From Anolis carolinensis (Eukaryota): a stretch of 64,000 nucleotides of DNA. Below, in pieces: positions 50,571-61,480 of this stretch (position 1 is its first letter; every line of letters begins with the position of its first letter). Below the pieces are notes generated by a model. It was given only the letters and a program-made list of their open reading frames with translations, was not told the DNA's origin and did no database searches. The stretch spans positions 137,656,107-137,720,106 of the forward strand of contig NC_085844.1 of the NCBI RefSeq assembly GCF_035594765.1, written 5' to 3'. Made by a program: the position numbers and the translations under genes.

Positions 50571-51103
50571 TTGACAGGCAGAAACAATAAAGAGTTCCTA
50601 AAGAGATGGAAATGGGCAATGACATATCAGGAAGGAGAGTCAAAGAAGTGAATGATAAATAGCCCTAAGAGTAATGTATGGGTAAACACGATAGAAGGGT
50701 AAATAAGCAATATTATAGGCACCACAGTGATTAGGGATGGAAGTCAAGAGGGGGGGTGCATGGGCATGTGGGATAAAGGTTAACTTTGTGTAGGATGTGG
50801 GCAAAAGGGATGTCTTACATGTTGTAGTGTGGATGTCATGTGTGTTATGTGTACTGTATGTATATCACGTTTGTAAATTATAATAAAATTTAATTTAAAA
50901 ATAGTTCTGGTGGGTTCAGAAGCTCACTGAACTATGCTATTATCAATTAATTTGATCTTATTTCAGGCCTCAATCTACACTGCCATATAATACAGTGTGA
51001 AATTACATTATATGGCAGTACTGTATAAATGGGGCTTTAGATAGGCGAGACCATGGAAAATCATTTTAGGTGCTATATATAGCAGGTGCTATATATAGAT
51101 ATA

Positions 51104-51421
51104 GGAGCCCCGGTAGCAAAGTGCGTTAAAGCACTGAGCTGGAGACCGAAAGGTGCCAGGTTCAAACCCCGGGAGCGGTGTGAGCGGCCCCTGTTAGCTC
51201 CAGTTCCTGCCAACCTAGCAGTTCGAAAACATGCAAATGTGAGTAGATCAATAGGTACCGCTCCAGCGGGAAGGTAATGGCGCTCCATGCAGTCATGCCA
51301 GCCACATGACCTTGGAGGTGTCTACGGACAACGCCGGCTCTTCAGCTTAGAAATGGAGATGAGCACCAACCCCCAGAGTCAAACATGACTGGACTTAACG
51401 TCAGGGGAAACCTTTACCTTT
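51104..51421 (+). mobile_element. Sauria SINE, full length
   Basis: ggagccccggt head; box B ggttcaaacc; cctgccaacctagcagttcgaaa core; (ACCTTT) tail; inserted in a TA-rich site. Confidence 0.92.
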
Positions 51422-51494
51422 TATATATATATATAGATAGATAGATAGATAGGCTCAGTGTCTCAAAATAATACAGCCAGTCAGAAACGTTAAA

Positions 51495-52140
51495 TGTGTT
51501 GTTGAAGACTTTCATCGCTGGAATCACTGAGTTGCTGTGAGTTTTCCAGGCTGTATGGCCATGTTCCAGAAGCATTAGTTCCTGACATTTAGCCTGCATC
51601 TATGGTAAGCATCCTCAGAGATTCTGAGGTTTGTTCAGGGTGGGAGAAAGAACTGTTGTCTGAGGCAGGTGTGAATGTTTCAACTGTCCACGTTGATTAG
51701 CAATGAATAGCCTGTGAACAAGCATGTGGACAGAAAAGAGGAAACCATGAAAATGAACAAAATCTGGTTACTAGCATTGAAAAAACCCTCTAAAATCAGG
51801 ACAATAAAGAACACCACTAAGAAAACAAAGGAATTCCAGACATGAATCAATCAGAGCCAGCTAATAATTTCCAACAAAGGATCCCCCTGGACAGTAAGCA
51901 GTCAGACCTTGAAACTGAAAGGTTGTTCAATGCTAATTAAATGGCCAATTGAAATATTGACACCTGCCTCCAACATATAAGGGTTCTTTCTCTCACCCTG
52001 GACATTCCACAGATAGTGGAATGCATGGTTTCCAGCAGACCTCACAACCTCTGAGGATGCCTGGCATAGATGTGGGCGAAACGTCAGGAAAGAATGCTTC
52101 TGGAATAAGGCCATACAGCCCAGAAAACTCAGAGCAACCC
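51495..52140. mobile_element. Penelope 3' end with inverted pLTR in GRPEL1 intron 1
   Basis: KHVDRKEETMKMNKIW remnant; inverted terminal copies with hammerhead motifs. Confidence 0.87.
52048..52088 (+). ncRNA. Minimal type-I hammerhead ribozyme with intact core (Penelope pLTR)
   Basis: CCT-CTGAGGA-T-GCC...GGC-GAAA-C-GTC^AGG; stem I CCT/AGG; palindromic ACGT stem III; predicted cleavage after 52085. Confidence 0.8.
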
Positions 52141-52557
52141 CGAACCGTTAAAGCAGCCCTGTGAGCGGGAAAGGTGGCTGCCTCGCTAGGATCCAGGAAA
52201 ACACTGTATAGAGATTTTTAGGATCAAGCCCTGCTTCTATTGAGAGAGAGGCTGAGCAGAGAGGGGTTAACGAGGGAAAGAGGCAAATGAATGGCGCGAG
52301 AGAGAAAGGAATGACCTGAAGACAACGAAAGGGGACGGGAAAGGTTAGGTCCCCTCTCTCATTCAAACCAGTTTCCTCTATCTATGAACATGGTCTGCCC
52401 CCTCCCCTTCCCGTCCACAGACCGCCTGGGCCTCTCGCTGTAAGGCCGCAAAGGCACACAGCGGTCTTTACCCTCAGTGCGGCACGTTGGGGCCCAGTGG
52501 AGGCGTCAGCCAAAAAGGCCAAGCCTCAACTTCCCTTTGCGGCGTCCCCTGCCTCAC

Positions 52558-52640
52558 CTCCACGGAGGTCCCGGGAAGAGAAAGACGTTCCTCCCGGCCA
52601 GGCCCACCAGCCGCTGCACACCTCGCACGGCCGCCGCCAT
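52558..52640 (-). CDS. GRPEL1: GRPEL1 exon 1 (mitochondrial targeting peptide); full protein 225 aa
   Basis: MAAAVRGVQRLVGLAGRNVFLFPGPPWR, Arg-rich with no acidic residues; GAG|gtgagg donor; 83 nt, phase 2 matches exon 2. Confidence 0.88.
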
Positions 52641-52865
52641 CACGCTACTCTCAGCGTCGTCCCCCTCAGCGCTCGACGGAAGTCGCCTCTACCCAATCAG
52701 CGCGCAGGTCAAGCGAACAGGGGAGGGCGCAGCCAATCAGCGGCGCCGCTGGGGTGGGTCGTGCTTGGTGCTAGCAACGGGGCGTACTCCTTCCCCTAGC
52801 GGCAGAGCTCAACAGAGCATGCGCAGCCGGCTTTATTCGGGAGGGAAGATGCGCAGGCGCAAGGA
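52641..52865 (-). promoter_or_regulatory. GRPEL1 CpG-island promoter
   Basis: ETS-like ACGGAAGT near 52676; CCAAT at 52693 and 52733; NRF1-like GCATGCGCA at 52817 and TGCGCAGGCGCA at 52850, consistent with a nuclear-encoded mitochondrial gene. Confidence 0.75.
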
Positions 52866-53002
52866 AGCGATCTAAGGCTCAGTCCATAGAGAGCATAACT
52901 TTCCAAACTGTGTGTCCTGATGTATTAGTGTGTCAGTCAGCACCGGTGCATCGCAAACCTTTTGGGAAAAAAATGTTATGTTATAATCTTAGAAATCATG
53001 TA

Positions 53003-53308
53003 CAGTAGAGTCACTTATCCAACATTCTGGATTAGCCAACGCATTTTTGTAGTCAATGTTTTCAATACATCGTGATATTTTGGTGCTAAATTCGTAAATA
53101 CAGTAATTACTACATAGCATTACTGCTTATTGAACTACTTTTTCTGTCAAATTTGTTGTTAAACATGATGTTTTGGTGCTTAATTTGTAAAATCATAACC
53201 TAATTTGATGTGTAATAGGCTTTTCCTTAATCCCTCCTTATTTTCCAACATATTCGCTTATCCAACGTTCTGCCGGCCCGTTTATGTTGGATAAGTGAGA
53301 CTCTAATG
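53003..53308. mobile_element. Tc1/mariner-pogo-type MITE
   Basis: TA-CAGTAGAGTC...GAGACTCTAATG-TA; same family as the copies at 37943 and 60114. Confidence 0.88.
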
Positions 53309-53567
53309 TATTTGTAAACATATACATGAAAGCTGCCTTGTTGTGAGTTTCCCAGGCTGTATGGCCATGTTCCAGAAGCATTCTCTCCTGACGCTTCGCC
53401 CACATCTCTGGCAGGCTTCCTCAGAGGTTGTGAGGTATATTGGAAGAAACGAAGCAAGAAGGTTTATATATCTGTGAAAGGTCCAGGGTGAGAGAAAGAA
53501 CTCTTGTCTGTTGGAGGCCTGTGTGAATGTTTTAATTAAACACTTTGATTAGCATTAATGGCCTTGC

Positions 53568-55982
53568 TGAAGTCGAACATGACCCCCCCCCCCAGTAAAA
53601 GATTGTAACTTATAGTTTTGCTAAGGACAAAGACATCAAGCTGGATAATAATCAATTGATCAATTTGCAAAGGCAACAACAACAAGGACCCTTCCCATAT
53701 TAGGTAGTGTGTACATTTAATCAAGGCTTTATGTCCTACATTTCATATATTTATAGCAGAAGGTACAAAATTTATTACTGGAAACTGGTATTTGACCTTT
53801 ACCAAGCCCAGCCCTCCCCCCCCCCCCTCCCTCTTTTGCTAGCCTTTGGCCTAGAGGCCTAGAAATGTAGATTTCTCTTTTGTTTAAGAGCTATTGACTG
53901 GAGTAAGAAACAATTAACTGAGTCGTTAGTTCTCAGGCAGAAGGCCCTTTGTCAAAAGCTGGGAGGAGGAGGGTTTGCATTTCTGGGCTTTTGGTCTGAG
54001 ACTAGCAAGAGAAACAAAAAAGCCCCGTGAACAATATATCTTATAATCTTGCCCTCATTTCTCAAAACTGAAATGTATCTTTCTGTCTCTCTGTATCACC
54101 TTGACACACATTTTTCTGTTCTTTTAGACTAGACTCTCCTGCCCATTTTGCTCCCTTTCCCTTGCCATTCATTTCCCCTTTTATGAATTTTTATGTATCA
54201 GGGACCCCCTTCCGCTTCCTCCCCACATGTACCCCTCTCCCCTTGCATTGTTCCAAGCCCCAGGGTACCCCAACCTGCCCCCTTCGCCTGCCTGGCCAGG
54301 AAAGGAAAATCCTGGGATTCCCTTCTAAGAAAAGCCCCATGAATACGCGTCCAGAGATAGGAGCCTGGATAAACGGTCATAAGGGAACCTGTGTTCGTTT
54401 CCCCAGTCCCATGGGATGTTGGGTCATTTTGGATTCTCCCCGGAATATTGGGTTCCTTGTATGTCACTATAATTTTATTATTATTATTTATCATTATTTC
54501 TTATTGCCTATATTATTCTTATTGCTGCAATGTCTTTCCCCACATAATTGGAACATGATAACCTCAACCTGAACTCTGGCCAGCACACCATCCTGCCCAA
54601 GCAACATCAGGATGCCTCAGGGCTATGTATGACAAACATGGGTTATCAGAAATCACCGTCTGCAAAGAAACAATGGATTTTTTTTCCTTCCTGGACTTCG
54701 GAGGGCAAGATGCCAGACTATCTAGGAAGAAAGGAACCTTTTGGACATTTAAATCACTCATCATAAAAGACTCATCTTCCTGGAAGGCAGAGGCAAGGCT
54801 TGACAAAAGCCACCTTTTCCTTGGACTTTGAGTCACAGATATTCCCATCACCGATCCTACGGACAAACCAGCAGGGGCCAGACTCCTATTCATGAATCTG
54901 GACAAATCAATCAATTAAACTAAGCCAGGTCCGGTTGGAACGCCACAGGCAGTCACTGGGCTATTTAGACAAAATATCATCACTGAGTCACCTATAATCT
55001 TGTCATTTCCACATGTGTACCCTTTGTTTCTCCTGTTGCCGCACCTCCATCTCCCCCATTGGCCAGCAAGAGAGTGAGGTCACAGATGGGGCTCACACTC
55101 TCATTGGAAGAGGCCCTTAGTGGCTCCCCCTCTATTCTGCCTTGGTCAGACCACACCTGGAATACTGCGTCCAATTCTGGGCACCGCAGTTGAAGGGAGA
55201 TGTTGACAAGCTGGAAAGCGTCCAGAGGAGGGCAACTAAAATGATCAAAGGTCTGGAGAACAAGCCCTATGAGGAGAGGCTTAAAGAACTGGGTATGTTT
55301 AGCCTGCAGAAGAGAAGGCTAAGAGGAGACATGATAGGCATGTACAAATACGTGAGGGGAAGTCATAGGGAGGAGGGAGCAAGCTTGTTTTCTGCTGCCC
55401 TGCAGACTAGGACACGGAACAATGGCTTCAAACTACAGGAAAGGAGATTCCACCTGAACATCAGGAAAAACTTCCTCACTGTGAGGGCTGTTCGGCAGTG
55501 GAACTCTCTGCCCCGGACTGTGGTGGAGGCTCGTTCTTTGGAGGCTTTTAAACAGAGGCTGGATGGCCATCTGTCGGGGGTGCTTTGAATGCAATTTCCT
55601 GCTTCTTTTGCAGGGGGCTGGACTGGATGGCCCATGAGGTCTCTTCCAACTCTACTATTCTATGATTCTATGACATCAGAGCCAATCAGCGCAGAGCTGG
55701 CCAGTGGGCGGGAGGTGGGAAATTCAAAACTAGAAATGTATAAAAAGTGCTGTATGCTGGTTTATTTCTGCATCATATTGCGACCATCATCTTGTACCAG
55801 CTGGACAGAATAAAGGCTTCGGTGCTCTCTGCTTCACAGAACTTGGGTGAAATAATCTTTTTGGACAGGGAAATTCTGATTTGCTTCTCGGAAGGCTCAC
55901 CAGGTGTTGAGCAACCCTCCTTGCAGGATTCAGCATGGGTCTCCTTCGCTAGAAGAGACCCTAAATTTTGAATTCTATTTCA
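53568..55982 (+). mobile_element. Long solo LTR, class I ERV-like (about 1.86 kb without the nested CR1)
   Basis: TGAA...TTCA termini; 4-bp TSD TTGC at 53564-53567 and 55983-55986; CCAAT 55682, GC box 55706, TATAAAAA 55739, AATAAA 55809. Confidence 0.8.
55123..55673 (+). mobile_element. Young CR1 3' end nested in the LTR
   Basis: Uninterrupted [15 protein letters not shown]...[14 protein letters not shown]; (ATTCTATG)n tail. Confidence 0.93.
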
Positions 55983-57118
55983 TTGCCAGATTCATATCCT
56001 GGCTTCTTCCTGCCTGGGGGAATCTTTTATTCAGAGGTGTTAGCTGGCTCTGATTGATTAATGCCTGGAATTCCCTTGTTTTCAGAGTGCTGTTCCTTAT
56101 TTACTGTTCTGATTTTAGAGTCTTTTTAAATACTGATAACCAGATTTTGTTCATTTTCATGGTTTCCTCCTTTCTGTTGAAATTGTCCACATGCTTGTGG
56201 ATTTCAGTGGCTTTTCTATGTAGTCTGACATGGTGGTTGTTAGAGTGGTCCTGCATTTCTGTGTTCTCAAATAATATGCTGTGTCCAGGTTGGTTCATCA
56301 AGTACTCTGCTATGGCTGACTTTTCTGGTTGAGTTAGCCTGCACTGCCTTTCATGTTCCTTGATTCATGTCTGGGCAATGCTGCGTTTGGTGGTCCCTAT
56401 GTAGACAGCTGCATGGTATACGGTAGACTCCTGCAGAGGTGAGAGGATCCCTCTTGTCCTTGGCTGAACGTAGCATTTGTTGGATTTTCTTAGTAGATCT
56501 GTAGATAGTTTGTAGGTTGTGTTTCTTCATCTTTCCTATGCAGTCAGTGGTTCCTTTGCTGTATGGTAAGAACACTTTTCCTCTGGGTGGGTCTTTGTCT
56601 TTACTCTCACTGCTTGTTCTTGGCCTTCTGATGTCTGTGGTGTATCCATTGGCCTGTAGAGCCCAGTTTAGGTGGTTTAGTTCACCTTGGAGGAGGTGAG
56701 GTTCGCAGATTCTTTGTGCATGGTCTGTCAGGGCTTTGATTGTGCTTCTTTTTTGACTTGGGTGATGGTTGGAGTTTTTATGAAGGTATCTATCTGTATG
56801 TGTAGGTTTTCTGTAAACTGTGTGGCCCAATTCTTGATTGGGTTTGCAGATGACCACAACAACTAGAAATGGCAGTTTTCCTTCATTTTCTTTTTCCATG
56901 GTGAATTGGATGTTTGGGTGGATACTGTTGAGGTGGTCCAGGAACTTGTTGAGTTCTTATTCTCGATGGCTCCAAATGGTGAAGGTGTCATCCACATGTC
57001 TGAACCATGTAGTAGGCCTTTTTAGTGCTATTTCTAGGGCTTGTTTTTCAAAGTGCTCCATGTAGAAATTTGCTATGACTGGACTGAGAGGGCTCCCCAT
57101 GGCTACTCCATCAAAGAA

Positions 57119-57553
57119 CTTTTGTCTTTTAGCAGGGAGGAAAAAGCGCCCTGAAAAACATGCCGGCGATCCAGTCAGAAAGGCGTCTATGAACAACAAA
57201 GCTCCTTGGCGTGGAAGAATGGAACAACAGCACTTCCTTATGGCCAAGTCTTTTGTCTTTTAGCGGGGAGGAAAAAGCGCCCTGGAAAACATGCCGGCGA
57301 TCCAGTCAGAAAGGTGTCTATGAACAACAAAGCTCCTTGGCGTGGAAGAATGGAACAACAGCACTTCCTTATGGCCAAGTCGAGCACAGCATCCAGATTG
57401 CAGATACAGATAAAAGAGGGAAAGCCTGCCTCTGTTTATATACAGTTCTGTCTTTGTCTATTGCATAAAGGCATTAAATGTTTGCCACATATGTATTTGT
57501 AATCTACTCTGAGTCCCCTCGGCGAGATAGAGCGAAATATAAATAAAGTACTA

Positions 57554-57599
<46 letters not shown>

Positions 57600-57600
57600 T
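57119..57600 (+). mobile_element. SINE-like element: Sauria-SINE-related body with a 131-bp tandem duplication, L2-type tail and (TTA)n
   Basis: Body aligns by eye to 51265-51368; tail tgagtcccctcggcgagatagagcg...aataaa followed by (TTA)n. Confidence 0.65.
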
Positions 57601-57925
57601 TATGATTACTGTATCGCGAAATGGTGCATGCCTAAAGCATGTGTCATCAACATTAAATATTTGGAAAGCTCTGTTATGAAAACTCATGTGAACGTAAAAT
57701 TTCCAAGTTCTAGAGATGTTATGTTTTGTTCCTTCTGACAGAAGTGACAGTTGCAGATGGAAAACAACAGAAGAATTATGAAAAGGAGCAATCGAGCAGC
57801 TCCTTTAACCTTAAGATTAATTTACATCTACACTGTAGAATTAATTCAGCTTGACAACCCATAACTGCTCTGACTCAACGCCATGGAATCATGGGATTTT
57901 ATAATTTGCACCAGGATTCTTCAAC

Positions 57926-58745
57926 AGAGAAGGTTAAAGACCTTGTAAAACTACAACTAAAGTGGTGTCAAACTACATTAATTTTATAGTGTAGATGCAC
58001 CATTACTTATTTTAGTTTGACCTTGTGTGGATTTTGGTACAGTTCTTCATTTGTACTGATTTCTGTGAGCATTTGGCTTCAAATCACCTGTCAATTATGG
58101 TGGCCTCATTGATTTCATAGGGTTGTTTCAGGCAATGAATCCTCAATTGTGGTTTTGCCAGTTCCTTCCTCCGACATGTGGCCTATGCCACCTGGTATTC
58201 ATTGGTGAACTTCCACCCAGGTGCTAACCAAGGCTCACTCTGCTTAGCTTCTGGGATCATATGGGATCTGGTGCCTTCAGTGGACTTAGGCATGGTGCAC
58301 TGATGGTATACAGTACTGAAGCTACAGATGTTAAAGAGAAGGTTAAAGACCTTGTAAAACTACAACTAAAGTGGTGTCAAACTAAATTAATTTTATAGTG
58401 TAGATGCACCATTACTTATTTTAGTTTGACCGTGTGTGGATTTTGGTACAGTTCTTCATTTGTACTGATTTCTGTGAGCATTTGGCTTCAAATCACCTGT
58501 CAATTATGGTGGCCTCATTGATTTCATAGAGTTATTTTAGGCAATGAATCCTCAATTGTGGTTTTGCCAGTTCCTTCCTCCGACATGTGGCCTATGCCAC
58601 CTGGTATTCATTGGTGAACTTCCACCCAAGTGCTAACCAAGGCTAACTCTGCTTAGCTTCTGGGATCATATGGGATCTGGTGCCTTCAGTGGACTTAGGC
58701 ATTGTGCGCTGATGGTATACAATACTGAAGCTACAGATGTTAAAG
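57926..58745. repeat. Tandem duplication of a 409-bp unit, each copy containing a minus-strand 5S-derived SINE
   Basis: Copies start at 57926 and 58335 with about 10 substitutions by eye; the reverse complement has gatcccagaagctaagcagagtgagccttggttagcac (5S-like). Confidence 0.9.
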
Positions 58746-60113
58746 CACAGTTACGTAGTTGTGAAGTTGAATTAGAGTGCAATGACATGCACTTTGAAGC
58801 TAACACTGAATCAAAGGACGGTGAAAACAGCAAGTAAAGGGTTTTGGGAGAAGGCAGAGCCTCCCTTTCCCCTTTCAGAGGTGTTTCTTGGCTCCAACAG
58901 CCGACATTCTGCTTTTTGTCTTAAAAACTGCTGCTCCAAAGTCTCCTGTGCCGTAAGCACAGCTTTAACAATTCTGTGAATCTGTATCTCTGTTATTCTT
59001 CCCGCATTCCATGGCAGTAACTTTTTGGTATGCTGCTTTTCATAGAGTCCATTATCCAGAAAAATGCTATGAAAATGTGTCCTGTTTAGGGAAGTCTGTC
59101 AAAAAATTACTAAATTATATTGTAGGCCAGAGTTCCTCAACCGTTAGCCTTCCAATTGTTTGGAACTGCACTTCCCAAAAATCCCTGAAATTTGTGCACA
59201 ATGGCTGGGGCTCTGGGAACTTCCATGAAATCTAAATGACAAAAGATTTGAGAATTAGTGCTGTAAGTTACAGACAAATTGAAAATGATTAAATGTAATG
59301 AGCTTTCAAAACCAAATTCATTTTTCTCATTCCTCCATGCTCCCTGGAGTATTTGAGGCCCAGGGGAGGCCCTTTTCAAACTAGAAGAAATTCTGCTTGG
59401 AACCAATAGTCCAAGACGACCTCTGAGCATAGCAACATTGTTCCCCAGATGTTGTTGAATGGCACCTTCCATCACCTCTTGGCCCCATCTATACTCCCAT
59501 ATAATGCAGTTTGCAATGACAATATATGGTTAGTGTAGATCCATATAATACAGTGTAATTCCAGATTGAACATCATTATATGAGTCTACACTGACCATAA
59601 AATGCAGTTTAAACCTTAACTATATGGCAGTGTAGATGGGGTCATAATTATCTATGCTGTTTATCCCCACCTGAATGATCTCATGATTTTCACCATCATG
59701 ATGTGGGAATGATCTCAATCTTGTTGCACTGTTTCTGGGCACTAGAGCAGACATGGGCAAACTTCGCCCCTCCGGGCATTTTAGACTTCAACTCCCAAAA
59801 TTCCTAACAGCCGTTACTGTTGCTACTTGGTCGTTATACAGATTCCTCAGGAGACAGACAAGGTGACTTGGTATCCTCATACCATCCAGAACTTGCCACA
59901 ATTTATTACTATCCACATAGTCAATTAAACAAAAATATTATCCGGCGGATATTGGCAATTTGGTCTCTCCTCTCTTGTGTACTTAATGTTCATTATTGTA
60001 TTATGTTTAGTTGTATGGTTTTAAGCTGTATGGTTTCTTCGCTATGTTGGAAACCGCCCTGAGTCTTTTGAGGAGATAGGGTGATACAGTATATAAATAA
60101 AGTTTTATTATTA

Positions 60114-60759
60114 CAGTAGAGTCTCACTTATCCAAGACTCGCTTATCCAAGGTTCTGGATTATCCAATGCATTTTTGTAGTCAATGTTTTCAATATATCG
60201 TGTTTTTTTGGTGCTAAATTCGTAAATACAGTACAGTGGAGTCTCATTTATCCAACACTCGCTTATCCAAAGTTCTGGATTATCCAACGCATTTTTATAG
60301 TCAGTGTTTTCAATACATCGTGATATTTTGGTGCTAAATTCATAAATACAGTAATACTACATAGCATTACTGCGTATTGAACTACTTTTTCTGTCAAATT
60401 TGTTGTATAATATGATGTTTTGGTGCTTAATTTGTAAAATCATAACCTAATTTCATGTTTAATAGGCGTTTCCTTAATCCCTCCTTATTATCCAACATAT
60501 TCGCTTATCCAACGTTCTGCCGGCCAGTTTATGTTGGATAAGTGAGACTCTATGGTAATTACAACATAACATTACTGTGTATTGAACTACTTTTTCTGTC
60601 AAATTTGCTGCATAACATGAAGTTTTGTTGCTTAATTTGTAAAATCATAACCTAATTTGATGTTTAATAGGCTTTTCCTTAATCCCTCCTTATTATCCAA
60701 CATATTCGCTTAACCAAGGTTCTGCCGGCCGTTTAGCTTGGACAAGTGAGACTCTACTG
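60114..60759. mobile_element. MITE containing a second copy of the same family (60234-60555)
   Basis: Both copies have CAGT(A/G)GAGTCTCA TIRs and TA duplications. Confidence 0.9.
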
Positions 60760-60769
60760 TATTTATTAA

Positions 60770-61480
60770 TGGCTTGGCGCGGCCAGGAGGGGGCGCTCCG
60801 AGCCTTCAGAGCAGTTTTTTTCCTAGCGAGGGGAAAGGAGCGGCACGCGGGTGGGCACAGTGACACCCTCAATGAGCGCGCGCGGAGCAAGCCCTTGCAG
60901 AGGAGGGAGGGGAGCCCCTTGCAGAAGGAAGGAGGGCGCGCGAGCGGCCGGCCGGCAGGGGGCGGCGCTGGGGCGCGCGGGCTGGGCTGGGCGGGGAAGA
61001 CCCGGCGCGCTGTTTCCCACGCAGCGCAGGAACGCCACGCTCCCTCCCTCCCTCTCCTTGGCTGGCTCTCCTCCTGCTGCCAGCTTCGCATCCTCGCCTC
61101 GCGCTGTGGTGGACGGAGGCCCCCCGAGGATGGCGCGGCGCGTGGCCCCGCGGCTGCTCCTGCTCCTGCTGCTGGCGTTGGGAGCTTGCAGGGCGGGGCG
61201 CACCGGCAGAGAGACCCGGAGCGCTTCCGGGGGGCCCCTGCGGGAGGGCGCCTCCCTGCTCAGCACCTCCTTCGTCCTGAAAGGCGACGCCATCCACAAC
61301 CAAGCGATGGTCCACTGGACGGGCGACAACAGCAGCGTGAGTGACAGGGGCGCGCGGTCACGTGGCCGAGGGGCGGGGAAGGCGGGGCAGGGCCCTCTCC
61401 TCTGGGAGCAAGCAAGTGGCGCGCGGCGGGGCGGATGGGGGCGGGGGTGCCTTGAAGGAGCGCCCCTCTCTGCTTTCCTG
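60770..61480 (+). promoter_or_regulatory. SORCS2 CpG island and promoter
   Basis: Very GC- and CpG-rich block around exon 1, with GC boxes. Confidence 0.75.
61130..61336 (+). CDS. SORCS2: SORCS2 exon 1 (signal peptide, short propeptide, start of the VPS10 domain)
   Basis: [28 protein letters not shown] matches SORCS2; AGC|gtgagt donor; synteny with GRPEL1. Confidence 0.92.

Larger units (their letters stand above)
53338..57116 (-). mobile_element. 5'-truncated Penelope (Poseidon-like) element split by a solo LTR
   Basis: RT motifs DGVAMGSPLSPVIANFYME, WFRHVDDTF and VYRKPTHTDRYL; GIY-YIG motif SAGVYRIPCSC; the pLTR continues across the 53568-55982 insertion. Confidence 0.9.

Noticed and set aside
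51240-51370. Possible ribozyme fold in the Sauria SINE (GTAGAT/GTCTAC pairing)
   Set aside because: P2, P3 and J4/2 elements could not be assigned.
58098-58291. 5S rRNA-like sequences (also 58507-58700 and 16279-16450) and tRNA-like SINE heads
   Set aside because: Diverged and fused to SINE tails, so not functional rRNA or tRNA genes.
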